From Candidatus Moraniibacteriota bacterium (GTDB taxonomy: Bacteria; Patescibacteriota; Minisyncoccia; Moranbacterales; GCA-2747515): a stretch of DNA of 64,000 bases. Of the stretch, positions 19,421 to 32,100 are shown one piece after another (the stretch's first letter is position 1; each line of letters opens with the position of its first letter). The translations under genes and the position numbers were made by a program. The notes below the pieces were generated by a model that worked only from the letters and a program-made list of their open reading frames with translations, ran no database searches and was not told the origin of the DNA. Location: NCBI GenBank assembly GCA_016699795.1, contig CP065011.1, forward strand, positions 947,449 through 1,011,448, in the 5' to 3' direction.

Positions 19421-20872
19421 ATGGAAAAAACAGTAATTACTCGTTTCGCTCCTTCTCCTACAGGATATCTTCATATAGGCGGTTTGAGAACGGCTCTCTA
19501 TTCTTATCTTTATGCTAAACATACGGGAGGCATGTTTTTTTTGAGAATAGAAGACACTGATCGTACTCGATATGTGGAAGGTGCGGAAGAAAAATTGAAA
19601 GATTCTCTTTCATGGGCGAATATTCATTGGGAAAATAAAGAAGATATTCGTCAATCTGAACGTTTACCTCTCTATAAAAAATATATTGATGAGCTTTTGG
19701 AAAAAAAGAAGGCATATCATTGTTTTTGTTCTCAAGAAAGACTTTTAGAAATGAGAGAGGATCAAAAAAAATATAAAATGGCTCCAAAATATGATCGTCA
19801 TTGTTTGAATCTTTCTTCTGAAGAAATTGCAGATCGATTGAAACGAGGGGATACTTTTGTAGTAAGATTTTTTATTCCTCAAGATGAACGAAGAATTGAG
19901 TTTCGAGATTTAGTTCGAGGAAAGGTTTCCATTGAAACTGAACTTCTTGATGATCAGATTATTCTCAAATCTGATGGATTTCCAACTTATCATCTTGCTA
20001 ATATTGTAGATGATCATGAAATGGGAGTGACACATGTTATTCGTGGAGAGGAATGGCTTTCAAGTACTCCTAAACATATTCTTCTTTATAAGGCTTTTGG
20101 TTGGGAGATTCCAGAGTTTGCTCACCTTCCACTTCTTCTTAATCCTGATAGATCAAAACTTTCCAAAAGACAGGGAGATGTAAGTGTCGAGGACTATGCC
20201 CAAAAAGGATATCTTCCCGAAGCATTAATAAATTATGTTGCTCTTCTGGGTTGGAATCCTGGAAGTGGAAGCACTCAAGAATTTTTTTCTCTCGAAGAAT
20301 TGGAGAAACGATTTGATATTGCTCATATAAATAAAGCTGGGGCGGTATTTGATTGTAAACGATTGGACTGGATGAATGCTCATTATATTAAAAAGCTTTC
20401 CAGAGAAGAACTCTTGGAAAAAACTCGCAAATATTGGAAAGTATTTTTTAAAAAACATACTCTTGAGGAAGATGATTTTTCTGACGAATTTCTTTGTAGA
20501 GTTTTGCGTGTTGAGCAAGAAAGACTTTTCACACTTTCTCAAGTCGGAGAAAAGAGTCTTTTTTTCTTTCAAAATTTTGATATGGACAAGGAACTTCTTC
20601 GATGGAAAGATATGGAAGATAGTATTATTTCTAACAATATACAGACGGCGATTTCTTATTTGGAAACAATAAATGAAGATCAATGGACCATGGAGTTTCT
20701 TCAGGCGGGACTTATGGATCAATGTGAGAAGGAAAAACGAGGAGAATTTTTTTGGCCTCTTCGAATAGCACTTACCGGAGAAAAACAATCACCGCCACCA
20801 CATGAGGTTGCTTGGGTAATAGGAAAAGAGGAAACGCTTCAACGTCTTAAAAGAGCAAAAGAAAAACTATGA
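19421..20872 (+). CDS. gltX: Glutamyl-tRNA synthetase
   Basis: Class I HIGH motif (PSPTGYLHIGG) and KMSKS-type KLSKR; the start is the ATG at 19421 rather than the longer ORF beginning at 19343. Confidence 0.9.
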   Translation: MEKTVITRFAPSPTGYLHIGGLRTALYSYLYAKHTGGMFFLRIEDTDRTRYVEGAEEKLKDSLSWANIHWENKEDIRQSERLPLYKKYIDELLEKKKAYHCFCSQERLLEMREDQKKYKMAPKYDRHCLNLSSEEIADRLKRGDTFVVRFFIPQDERRIEFRDLVRGKVSIETELLDDQIILKSDGFPTYHLANIVDDHEMGVTHVIRGEEWLSSTPKHILLYKAFGWEIPEFAHLPLLLNPDRSKLSKRQGDVSVEDYAQKGYLPEALINYVALLGWNPGSGSTQEFFSLEELEKRFDIAHINKAGAVFDCKRLDWMNAHYIKKLSREELLEKTRKYWKVFFKKHTLEEDDFSDEFLCRVLRVEQERLFTLSQVGEKSLFFFQNFDMDKELLRWKDMEDSIISNNIQTAISYLETINEDQWTMEFLQAGLMDQCEKEKRGEFFWPLRIALTGEKQSPPPHEVAWVIGKEETLQRLKRAKEKL

Positions 20873-21378
20873 ATGATAAACGTACGACGATTCTTTCTAT
20901 GATTGCTGCGATAGGGAAAAATCGTGAATTAGGAAGGGGACATCTTCTTCCTTGGGATATTCCTGAGGATATGAAATATTTTCAGGATATGACACGAAAT
21001 CATGTTGTTATTATGGGACAGAAAACATTTGAAGCGATTGGATTTCCTCTTCCCAAAAGAATGAATATTGTACTTACCCATGACAAAGATTTTTCTCCAG
21101 ACGGGGTTATTGTTTCGAGAAGTCCCGAAGAAGCATTGCGCCTTGCCAGAAAAGAAGAAAAAAACGGAGAGATATTTATCATTGGGGGTGCTAGTATATA
21201 TTCGATTTTTCTCGAACAATCAGATAGACTCTATTTGACTCTTATAGAGGATGTGTTTCCTGAGGCAGATATCTTTTTTCCAGAATATGAAAAAATATTT
21301 TCCAAAATAAAAAGTTCTTATGATGGTAAAGATGAGAATTATTCGTATCGTTTTGTAGTGTTTGAAAAAAATATATGA
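20869..21378 (+). CDS. folA: Dihydrofolate reductase
   Basis: ILSMIAAIGKNRELGRGHLLPWDIPEDMKYF...VVIMGQKTFEAIG...IVLT is the canonical DHFR fold signature; 169 aa. Confidence 0.88.
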   Translation: MNDKRTTILSMIAAIGKNRELGRGHLLPWDIPEDMKYFQDMTRNHVVIMGQKTFEAIGFPLPKRMNIVLTHDKDFSPDGVIVSRSPEEALRLARKEEKNGEIFIIGGASIYSIFLEQSDRLYLTLIEDVFPEADIFFPEYEKIFSKIKSSYDGKDENYSYRFVVFEKNI

Positions 21379-21926
21379 ATCATAAAATTATAGGTTTATC
21401 AGGAGCTATGGGCGCTGGAAAAGGAACAGTCGCTCATTATTTGGTGGATAAATATGGATTTTCGAAGTTTCGAATGTCGGATGTTTTCCGAGATATTCTT
21501 ATTCGTCTTCATATTGAACAAACTCGTGAAACTGTCTCACTTACGTCCAAAATAATACGAGAGACATTTGGGCAAGATATTCTTTCTCGAATTATTGCCA
21601 AAGATGCTAATGATGCAAAAACTGATGTTGTGGTAGATGGAATACGAAGAGAAACGGATATCGAGCATTTACGCAAGAATCCTTCTTTCGTTTTTATTTA
21701 TATTGATGTAGAAACTCAGCTTCGTTATGATCGATTGGTAAAAAGAGCTGAAAATATAGGAGATGAAACAAAAACATTTCAGGATTTTCTTAAAGAACAA
21801 GAATTTGAAGCAGAAAGCCAGGTGCAACAATTACATTCGATTGCAGATTATGTGGTCAAAAACGATGGAGATCTCGGAAAGCTTTATGATCAAATAGATG
21901 CTATAATGGAAAAAATAAAAAAGTAA
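21375..21926 (+). CDS. P-loop nucleotide kinase (adenylate-kinase/dNMP-kinase-like)
   Basis: Walker A GLSGAMGAGKGT plus a following MSDVFRDIL segment resembling the adenylate kinase NMP-binding motif; overlaps the folA stop. Confidence 0.5.
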   Translation: MNHKIIGLSGAMGAGKGTVAHYLVDKYGFSKFRMSDVFRDILIRLHIEQTRETVSLTSKIIRETFGQDILSRIIAKDANDAKTDVVVDGIRRETDIEHLRKNPSFVFIYIDVETQLRYDRLVKRAENIGDETKTFQDFLKEQEFEAESQVQQLHSIADYVVKNDGDLGKLYDQIDAIMEKIKK

Positions 21927-21934
21927 AAAATGAT

Positions 21935-23638
21935 ATGAACAATATTACTATTACGTTAGACAAAAAAGAATATTCAGTTGAAGCGGGAAAAACTATCCTT
22001 GAAGTCGCCAAAGAAAATCAAATAGAAATTCCGACGCTTTGCTATCATCCAGATGCTGAAACGGAGGGTCATTGTGGAATGTGTGTAGTAGAAATAGGAA
22101 ATGAACAAACACGAAGATATGCGTGCATGACTCCTGTCGAAGAGGGTATGGTTATCACAACAGAATCTGATCGATTAGATACTCTCAGGAAGAAAAATCT
22201 CGAAAGAATTTTTGAAAAACATGCTATGAAATGTGGAGATTGTCTTTTGATGGGACGATGTCAATTGTTGGATCTTTCTAGGAAGTTAAGCGTGAGGCCT
22301 GTTATAGGAAATCATGAAAATGATAGCATTTTTCAAGAAGATACTATTATTTTTGATCAATCTAAATGTATTGATTGTGGGCACTGTGTGAACGTCTGTC
22401 CAGTTGACTATTTAAAACTAACGGATTCAGGTGTTACGGCGGTATCTCCGGAAGAAGAAAAAGAATGTATTAATTGTGGTCAATGTATTCTTCATTGTCC
22501 TGTAGGAGCAATTGATGGCCTTGGTGAATTTGGAGAATTGAAAGAATTAGAACAGCTCATAGGAGAGAAAAAAAAGACGGTCGTTGTGCAATTTGCTCCT
22601 TCTATTCGAACAGCTATTGGGGAAGAATTTGGAATGGAGCCCGGAGCGATTGCTACGGGACAACTCGTTGCCGGACTTAAGAAAGTTGGTTTTTCCTATG
22701 TTTTTGATACAGCATCCGGTGCTGATTTCACTACAACAGAAGAGGCTTTGGAATTATCCGAAAGGTTAATGAGTGGAGAAAGGCTTCCTGCTATGACATC
22801 ATGCTGTCCGTCATGGGTTCGATTTGTGGAATACTATTATCCAGAATTTGTTCCGAATCTTTGTACATCAAGATCTCCTCAGATTATGTTGGGGGGAATT
22901 CTTAAAGAATACTGGGCAAAGAAAATGGATAAGGATCCAAATGATATTTTCGTTGTTTCTGTTATGCCTTGCGTTTCCAAGAAATTTGAAATAATGCGTG
23001 AAGAACTTAAGATTGACGGACGAAATCCTGTTGACATGGTTCTCACTACGAGAGAAATGGCACGGCTTCTCAAGAAAAATAATGTTGATCTCAAAACTAT
23101 AGAAGAAGAATCTACGGAAAATCCTTTTGGAGATCCAAGTGGTGCTGGAGTTATTTATGGTTCGAGTGGTGGAGTGTTTGAATCAGCTCTTCGAACGGCA
23201 TACTTCAAAATGACTGGTGAGAATCTTCCTCTTGATGCAGTCAAAGAACTTCGAGGTCTTGATGGTATAAAAAAGAAAGAAATAACCATAGGAGAAAAAA
23301 CAGTCAAAATATGTGTTATTAACGGTATAAAAAATGCCAAAAGTATACTTGAAGAGCTTAAAACTGATCCTTCTCGTTATGATGCAGTGGAGGTAATGGC
23401 TTGTCCTGGGGGTTGTGTCGGTGGAGGAGGGCAACCAACACCAATGACGAAAGAAACTATCCTTGAAAGAGCGCGAGGACTCTATACTATTGATGAACTG
23501 AAAAAAATTCGTTGTGCTCATGAAAATGAAGATGTGAAAAAAACGTATGATGAATTTTTTCTTTCTGAGGATATTCGCAAAAAAATACTGCATACAAAAT
23601 TTTCACCAAGAAAACATATCTTGAAAGATGAAGGATAA
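21935..23638 (+). CDS. hydA: [FeFe]-hydrogenase catalytic subunit HydA with N-terminal 2Fe-2S and two 4Fe-4S ferredoxin domains
   Basis: H-cluster motifs L1 MTSCCPSW, L2 MPCVSKKFE, L3 EVMACPGGCVGGGGQP; upstream CxxCxxCxxxCP repeats (CIDCGHCVNVCP, CINCGQCILHCP); plant-type ferredoxin-like N-terminus. Confidence 0.88.
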   Translation: MNNITITLDKKEYSVEAGKTILEVAKENQIEIPTLCYHPDAETEGHCGMCVVEIGNEQTRRYACMTPVEEGMVITTESDRLDTLRKKNLERIFEKHAMKCGDCLLMGRCQLLDLSRKLSVRPVIGNHENDSIFQEDTIIFDQSKCIDCGHCVNVCPVDYLKLTDSGVTAVSPEEEKECINCGQCILHCPVGAIDGLGEFGELKELEQLIGEKKKTVVVQFAPSIRTAIGEEFGMEPGAIATGQLVAGLKKVGFSYVFDTASGADFTTTEEALELSERLMSGERLPAMTSCCPSWVRFVEYYYPEFVPNLCTSRSPQIMLGGILKEYWAKKMDKDPNDIFVVSVMPCVSKKFEIMREELKIDGRNPVDMVLTTREMARLLKKNNVDLKTIEEESTENPFGDPSGAGVIYGSSGGVFESALRTAYFKMTGENLPLDAVKELRGLDGIKKKEITIGEKTVKICVINGIKNAKSILEELKTDPSRYDAVEVMACPGGCVGGGGQPTPMTKETILERARGLYTIDELKKIRCAHENEDVKKTYDEFFLSEDIRKKILHTKFSPRKHILKDEG

Positions 23639-23676
23639 TTTTTTAGGAAAAGATAGTTCGTTTTGTCTTATTTAGT

Positions 23677-25437
23677 ATGTCCCTTCGAACAATTTTGAAA
23701 TATTATTGGATACAAGCAAAAAAATACTCCAAATCAGGAGTGGCTCTTTTGATTTTGTATAATGTGGCAGGTTTAGTGGCACAAACAATTTCACCGCTCA
23801 TCTACAAAGAAATTATTGACACTGTATCGCAGGGAAATATAAATGAAGAAACAATCCAAAAAATGTTTTTTTGGGTATGGATGCTAGGAGGACTTATTAT
23901 TGTATATAATATTTGTTATCGTCTTGGTGATTATTTCGCTATATTTTTTGAAAGTAACATTTTAAAAGAATTAGCAGATGATACCTTTAGACGACTTCAT
24001 AATCATTCATATACTTTTTTCATTGATAATTTCTCAGGTTCGTTGGTGACAAAATCAAAACGTTTTGTATGGGCTTTTTCAAGTATTTTTAACAATGTTT
24101 TGTGGCATGTGGTGAATCGATCGATTCAATTAATTGGAGCGATCGGAGTTCTTTTTTGGAATGTCCCCGTAATCGCTTGGATGTATGTAGTATGGATCAT
24201 TGTCTTTTTGGGGATCTCCTTATATTTTGCTCGAAAAAAAATACCGTATGATTTGGCAGAAGCAAATATGGATTCGCAAGTAACGGGTCGTCAAGCTGAT
24301 ACTATTACGAATGCTGTAACAATAAAAATATTTGGTTCGAAAGAGAAGGAACACCGATCATTTCAAAAGATTACGAGGCTTTGGGAGAAGGCACGTCGAA
24401 AAGCGTGGATTATGCGAAACCTTCAAATTGGGCTTCAGGGAATATTATTTATACTTTTGGAATTTGGTGCCATGTATTTCGTGGCAATTTTGTGGAGTCA
24501 AGGTCAAATTTCAGTGGGAACTATTGTATTAGTGCAAATGTATATTTTCGGAACGTTTGATGCTGTTTGGTCTTTTGGGAGAGCTCTTATGGATATTGAA
24601 AAATCTCTTTCAGATGCGAAGGAAATGGTGGAAATTTTTGAACAAGAACCTTCAGTAAAAGATCCACAATATCCAGAAAAATGTCACATACGAGAGGGAC
24701 GTATTGAGTGTAAAGAAATTTCTTTTTCTTATGAAAATAAAGAGCAAAAAGTATTTGAAAAATTTTCTTTACACATAGCCCCTGGAGAAAAAGTGGGTAT
24801 CGTAGGGCATAGTGGCGCAGGAAAAACAACCATCACAAAAATGCTTCTTCGTTTTGTGGATATTACAGAGGGAAGTATTGAGATTGATGGTCAAAACATT
24901 GCTCATATTTCTCAAGATGATCTTCGTCAACATATTTCTTATGTTCCTCAGGAACCCTTATTATTCCATCGCTCACTCAAGGAAAACATTGCTTATGGAA
25001 AAATGAAGGCTACAAATGAAGAAATTATCAAAGCAGCAAAACGTGCTCATGCTCATGATTTTATCGAAAAGCTTCCTAAGGGATATGAAACTTTGGTAGG
25101 AGAGCGAGGTGTGAAGCTTTCGGGGGGAGAACGGCAACGAGTGGCAATTGCTCGTGCTATGCTCAAAAACGCACCCGTCCTTATTTTGGATGAAGCGACA
25201 AGTTCTCTTGATAGTATGAGTGAAAAATATATTCAAGAAGGACTTGATGAACTTATGAAAAACAGAACAACACTTGTAATCGCTCATCGTTTGAGTACTA
25301 TTCAGAAAATGGATCGCATTGTTGTAATGGAAAATGGTATGATTGTAGAAGAGGGGAGTCATAAAGACCTTTTAAATCATAATGGAATATATTCGACATT
25401 TTGGAATCAGCAAGCGGGAGGTTTTATTAAGGAATAA
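23677..25437 (+). CDS. ABC exporter, fused permease and ATPase (MsbA/type I exporter-like)
   Basis: 6-TM N-terminal domain; Walker A GHSGAGKTT, signature [15 protein letters not shown], Walker B ILILDEATS. Confidence 0.85.
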   Translation: MSLRTILKYYWIQAKKYSKSGVALLILYNVAGLVAQTISPLIYKEIIDTVSQGNINEETIQKMFFWVWMLGGLIIVYNICYRLGDYFAIFFESNILKELADDTFRRLHNHSYTFFIDNFSGSLVTKSKRFVWAFSSIFNNVLWHVVNRSIQLIGAIGVLFWNVPVIAWMYVVWIIVFLGISLYFARKKIPYDLAEANMDSQVTGRQADTITNAVTIKIFGSKEKEHRSFQKITRLWEKARRKAWIMRNLQIGLQGILFILLEFGAMYFVAILWSQGQISVGTIVLVQMYIFGTFDAVWSFGRALMDIEKSLSDAKEMVEIFEQEPSVKDPQYPEKCHIREGRIECKEISFSYENKEQKVFEKFSLHIAPGEKVGIVGHSGAGKTTITKMLLRFVDITEGSIEIDGQNIAHISQDDLRQHISYVPQEPLLFHRSLKENIAYGKMKATNEEIIKAAKRAHAHDFIEKLPKGYETLVGERGVKLSGGERQRVAIARAMLKNAPVLILDEATSSLDSMSEKYIQEGLDELMKNRTTLVIAHRLSTIQKMDRIVVMENGMIVEEGSHKDLLNHNGIYSTFWNQQAGGFIKE

Positions 25438-25487
25438 AAAGTAAGATCATTCTATTTTAGAAAAGAATAAAAATAACAATACTCTCT

Positions 25488-26027
25488 ATGATAAAAGAAA
25501 ATGTGTTAGCTTTAGAAAAAGTTCAAGCTTGGAGTAATGTAACACAATTTGCATTTGTTTTTGGTATTACTTTGATGGCACCGTTTTTTCAACAGCAAGT
25601 ATTTTCGGGCATTATGGTAAATGCTATGCTTTTTGTGGCGACGGTTATTTTGGGAGTTCGTGCAGCGGTTATTTTGGCTTTTCTTCCAAGTGTAATTGCT
25701 TTTTCTATGGGAACGCTTCCTGTAGCGTTAGCACCTATGATTCCGTATATAATGATCAGTAATATTCTCCTTATTTTTGTTTTTGATTTTTTTCGAAAAA
25801 AGAATTATTGGTTGGGAATGATTCTTGCGAGTGTAGGGAAGTTTTCATTTTTATTTCTTATGAGTCATTGGATTTTTGATATCATTTCACAAAAAACAAT
25901 ATCTACGAGTGTTATGGTTATGATGAGCTGGCCACAACTTCTTACAGCACTTTTTGGCGGGATGCTTGCTTACGGAATCATTCTCTTTTTAGCTAGAAAT
26001 GAAGTTAGTCCAGATAAAGGTGTATAA
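25488..26027 (+). CDS. Small polytopic membrane protein (possibly an ECF-transporter S-component-like protein)
   Basis: 179 aa with about 5-6 TM helices; no catalytic motif; family assignment is speculative. Confidence 0.4.
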   Translation: MIKENVLALEKVQAWSNVTQFAFVFGITLMAPFFQQQVFSGIMVNAMLFVATVILGVRAAVILAFLPSVIAFSMGTLPVALAPMIPYIMISNILLIFVFDFFRKKNYWLGMILASVGKFSFLFLMSHWIFDIISQKTISTSVMVMMSWPQLLTALFGGMLAYGIILFLARNEVSPDKGV

Positions 26028-26105
26028 CAAAAATCACCCTCTACACAAAAAACAAAAAGAATACTATACTAAAGTCAATACTAAACACTAAAAAAAGAGA
26101 AGAAA

Positions 26106-29100
26106 ATGCTTCAAAACAATATACAAAAAATCTTTTTTTTTGGACTATTTCTTAGTATAGGATTCTTATCATTAGGAAATCATAAAGCTTTTGCAGCACT
26201 CTCTGTTTCAACACAAACAACAAGTGATGTTTCTTTTTATACTGCCACAGGAAATGGAACCATTTCTTCTTTAGATGACACCCTCCCTATTACAGAACAT
26301 GGTCACGTATGGTCAAAAGATCCAAATCCGGAACTTGGACCTGCCTCCACTCCTATAGCACAGTGGAAGATGAATGATAATGCTGGAAATACAACAGTGG
26401 TAGATTCTGTAGGAGGAAATAATGGAACAGCAGCAAGAAATACATCTCTCATGACAACACCAGGAAAAGTGAATGGTGCTTTGAATTTTAATGGGAGTAG
26501 CGACTCCATATCAATTCCTGCGGGCGTGACTTTGGCTGGAAAAAGTAAATTCACATTATCTCTTTGGATTAATCCAAGCGTTTATCCAAATAGTGGATTG
26601 GAAAAACCGATATACTATGAATCAACAAGTAATTCTGCTTATACAAGGGTGGGTTTAGTTCTTGATAGTAATGGAAAGATAATGTTGGGAGGTAGGGATT
26701 CATCTCAAGATCCAACGGGAGCTTATCAGGTATTTGTTCAAGGTAATGGCGTTATACCTCTAAACACATGGACTCATATTACAGCATCTTTTGATAGTGA
26801 TGCTGATGTTTTTACTCTTTATAAAAATGGTATTTTGGATGCAAATAGTACCACAAATCGATCAGCGCTCGGCTCAAGTGTTTCTGCTATAAGAAAGATT
26901 GGCACCTATCCTAACCAATTTTTTAATGGCTCTATTGATGACGTTCGCATCTATAATACCGCGCTCTCTGCGAGTGAGATTGCTCAGATATATAACTCTG
27001 GAAATGGTACTGAAGGGTCTTCAAAAACTCAACTCGGACCTCGCTCAACCACAGGAACATTCACTTCTTCTCTTACAGGACTTGATTTTTTAACTACCTA
27101 CCATACTCGTTCCTACGCAGTACTCTCCAATGGTTCTGAAGTGTATGGAGAAGATGATACCTTTACCACACTTATAGCTCCTTCTGAAACAAGAACATGG
27201 ACAGGAGCTCTTTCTTCAAGTTGGACAACTCCAGGGAATTGGGCAGAAGGTTCTGTGCCACGGTATATCGATAATGTAGTGATCAATGCAGGAACGAATC
27301 AACCTACACTCGATGTAAATGGTGGAACCATTACTATACAATCTCTTACTCTTGGAGGAGGAGCATCAACTTCTACTCTTACGCTTTCTTATGGATCGCC
27401 TACAAACAAATTTATTGTTACGGGGAATGTTACGATTCTTGATAAAGGATATCTTACTCACACTGCAAACACAACAACAGCTGCGGGAGAAGTTCATAGA
27501 CTCTTTATGGATATCGGTGGCAACTTGGATGTACAAACCGGAGGACAGATTAATGCGGATGGAAAGGGGTATCAAGCAGGTAATGGTCCAGGGTATTGTG
27601 CTACGAATGGATATTATTCTGGTTCTTATGGTGGCCAAGGTGATGGTGGAGTCTGTCCAACTTACGGCTCTCTCATAGATCCTGTAAATTTAGGGAGTGG
27701 CGGTTGGGGCGGTGTCGGTGGTGGTGCTGTTATCCTTACTATTTCTGGAGGCTCAATGATAAACGGAATGATTTCCGCAAGCGCAATTAGTAGCGGTGAT
27801 ATGCGATCATCGGGAGGAACTATAAACATTTCCTCAAATACGATAGCTGGTTCTTTTTTTATGAAAACAAATGGGGGTGGTAGTCCATACTATGGAGGAG
27901 GGGGTGGTCGTATTGCTGTTAAACTCATATCTGGAAATGATTTCGGATCGATTACGATGCAAGCATATGGTGGGCTAACTGGAGGCGCCGCCGGTACCAT
28001 CTACACCGAAACCGCCGACCAAGGATCTGGAAATGGAACGGTAATTATTGATAACAATAATATTACCTCATCACGTTTTGCCACTATCCCTTCCACCCAA
28101 ACCTGGACCATTAAAAATCTTGTCCTTCGTAACAAAGGACAAATCAGTGTCCCCACAGGAACGACTCTTAATCTTACCAATGCAACTATTACGAATGATG
28201 GACTCGGAACAAGTGGAATCAATGTAAATGGAGGAACACTAACTAACACAGGACTTTCTATAAATGGAATCTATCTTACTCTAACTGCGCCTCAAACTAT
28301 AAATGGAAATCTTTCTCTTGGAGGAGGATCTACAACATCTATACTTACTGTAAGTAATGGTTCCCCAACGAATAAATTCACTGTTACCGGAAATGTAACC
28401 ATTACTAACAACGGTTATCTCACCCACACAGCAAACACTACTGCAGAAACTCACAGACTCTTCATGGACGTAGGAGGGAATCTCGATGTCCAAGTAGGAG
28501 GACAGATTAATGTGGATGGAAAGGGGTATTCTGCTGGACCAGGATCAGGATTGGGCTTTTGGGGAGTGAGACAGGCCTCTTATGGTGGAATGGCATATGA
28601 TCTTAATCTTACATATGGATCTATTTTTAATCCTCTAGATTTAGGTAGTGGCCCCTCTTACTGTGGAGCGATTAAGGGTGGAGGCTCTGTCATTTTTACT
28701 GTTACTGAAGAAATAGTAATCAATGGTTTAATTTCTGCTAATGGAGCAAAAGATTCTTGTGGTGGGGGTTCTGGTGGAACTATTAATATATTAAGCAAAA
28801 TATTCTCTGGTTCAGGAGCTATTAGTTCAAATGGTGGAGGTATTTCTTATGGTGGTGCGGGAGGTGGTCGTATCGCCGTCAAACTCACATCAGGAAATGA
28901 TTTTGGGCTAGTTATTATGCAAGCTTTTGGAGGTGGAAATTCTTCTAATGATAATGGTGCTGCGGGGACAATCTATACCCAAACATCCTTACAAGGTATG
29001 GGCAATGGAACAATAACGATTGATAATAATAATGTTATAAACACAGCACGTAATCAAACCCTCATCCCCCAAGACAACTTCACCAACAACTCCCTCTCTC

Positions 29101-32100
29101 TCGGAAACATCATTGTAAAAAACAAAGGACTTCTTGCCATTCCTACAGGAACCACTCTTAACACTACAGGAGACATAACCATAGGAACTCTTAACTCTTC
29201 TACTGACACCTCACACATAGTAGCCAATGGAACAGGAACTCTCATTTCTACCAATCTCACTATTCATGGAGTAAGTGGTACAGGAGCATCCATAAACACC
29301 AACACGAAAGGTTACACTCCTACTCTTGGAACAGGAGCAGGAACAACAGGCTCTCTTGGATATGGATCAGGAGGAACATATGGAGGAAGAGGAGGAAATA
29401 GTAGTGATGGAGCAACTTCCCCTAACACCTATGGAAATGACTTTGTTCCCGAAGATCTTGGAAGTGGAGGAGGAAAGTCTACAGGAGGAACAGGAGGAGG
29501 AGATATACGAATCAGAACGAATAACAATCTCAACCTCTATGGAACCATATCCAGTAACGGTAGCGCTGGACTCACCAATGGTGGAGGAGGATCAGGAGGA
29601 TCTATAAACATACTCTATGCAAAAAACTTCACCATAAACGGTGGAAAGCTTCAAGCCAATGGTGGGGCGGGACAAGGTGGTGGAGGAGGAGGGGGAGGAG
29701 GAAGAATCGCCTATGCCTATGAAAACAAAACATTTACCAATCAAACGATTCAAACACTCGGAGGAACAAAAGGAGCTACCGCACCTGCAACTGATGGAAG
29801 CGCAGGTTCACTTAAATCTGGATACCTTGCTGGTTCTCTTATCTCTTCAGCATTTGATTCCAGTAGTGATGCTAATGTCATGGGAACAATAGAATGGAAA
29901 GAAAATGAAATACTCCCAGCAAATACAACCGTAACCATCTCTCTCAAAACTGCAGGAACGAAAGAAAATCTTTCTTCTTCCCCCTGGACACAACTTGCAC
30001 AGTCCACTGCTTCTTCTCTTACCTCAGGATGTACAAAGAATGGAATCAATGTTATCTGCTCTCTTTCTTCTATCCCTAATACTCTACGAGATACTATAGG
30101 AGATCGCTTCTTTCAATACAAAGTAGATCTTTCTTCTCCTGACCTTCTTTCTCAACCTCAAGTCGATGATGTAAGTGTTTCCTATGTTGTAAACGCTCCT
30201 CCTGAAATAGAATCAGTAAGTGCTTCTCAATCTACTCCCAATGATACCATTACCTTTACCTACAGTATTCAAGATATCGATACACAAACAGGAACCTATA
30301 CTCCCAACTACATCACTCCTACCTTTGAATATTCTCTTGATGATGGATCAAGCTGGCATACCATCTCTTCTTCATTCTTTACCTACAACAGCGCACCCTT
30401 TGGAGGAGATATTTCTGATCAAAACGCTGATACTATCATGGAGAATAAAGTTACCGATACCTACAAAACCTATTCCATTAATTGGAACGCTCAACAACAA
30501 CTCGGTCTTAATACACAAACAAACAATGTACGCATACGACTCACCATTACAGACAATGAAGCAGCAAACAATAACAAATTCCTTGTAAGTGATCCTTTTG
30601 GTATAGACACAAGACCTCTTACCTCCATTACCGTTTCTCAATCATACCAAGAAGCTACACTCGGACAGGTTCTCATTTCCTATGACTATGAGATTCAACC
30701 TACTATCCAAAACAATACAACACTCACTCTTGAATACTTCAATGGAAGTACATGGATAGAAGCAGTAAGTGTAACAGGGGATATCGGACTCAATGTATCT
30801 ACAGGAAACAAAAGTCTGGTATGGATTCCAAAAACAGATATCCCTGAACATTTCTCTTCTACCTCCAGAGTTCGACTCATCGCTTCGTATCAAGTTGCTT
30901 CATACACCATGACTTCAGTAAACTACACCCTCGATACAAAAACTCCCACCAATCCCTCCCTCCTTGTTGATGCTTCCACTCAAGACCTCACCATTCCCTC
31001 CACCACATCTGTTCTTACTCTTGGAGTCAGTGATGACTCTCCAACACAGATGAAGATTTCTCTTGACGAAAACCTTACCAACTCTCCTTGGGAACCTTTT
31101 AATGCAACGGTAACAATAAAACTCGAAACTGATCCCGACATTGTCTATACTCGCTTCAAAGATCAATACGGGAATGAAACACAAACCATACACACAACTA
31201 CTCCAGAAACTCCTACACGAGTCATTTCTCAAGATACGAGTAATATGCTTCTTACCCCTCCAGAATACCGAGCCTTCGTAGGATTCAAAACAATAGAAGA
31301 ACCTCCAACAGGATTCGGAAACTACAAACTCTATAGAAGTGATGACGCTACTACCTATACGCTTCAAAATATCATAACCTCAAGAACAACAAACTTCCTT
31401 ACTGATGCTACCCCACAACCAGACATTCTCTACACCTACAAAGCAAAGACAACAGACACACCAGGAAATGTTTCTTTCTTCTCACAAACCGTTACGATGA
31501 AAGCAAATGGTATTCAAGACTTCGGAGAAGGTGGAGGAGGATCAGATCAAACCCCTCCTGTTCTACAAAACGTAACCGTAGAATCTAAAGACACCACAAC
31601 CGTAACTATCACATGGGAAACAGATGAACTCTCTGACTCTCGTGTAGAATATGCAACCACTCCCAACACCTATACCAAACAAACAGGAGTCTCTACCTAT
31701 GCTGACACCCAAGCACAATCAGGACTTCATAGAGTCACTCTTACCAACCTCACACCAAACACTCCCTACTTCTTTAGAGTTGCCTCTACTGATCCTCAAG
31801 GCAATACCGGAGTCAATGACAATAATGGCAATGGATATGAAGTCACAACGAATCCTGGACCTTCTATCAGTGGTGTAGCGGTATCAAGTGCTTCTAACAC
31901 ACAAGCAACCATATTCTGGAATACGAATGTCCCTGCAGACTCTGTACTCCATTACAGTGAAAACAAGAATGGATCTCTTATCGATCCTATCACTCTCTCC
32001 GGATCAAGTGTTCTTACAAAAAATCATCAAGTAACCTTAGATGCTCTTACTCAAGGAACCACCTACTATTTCTACGTTACCTCCACCGACTCACAAGGAA

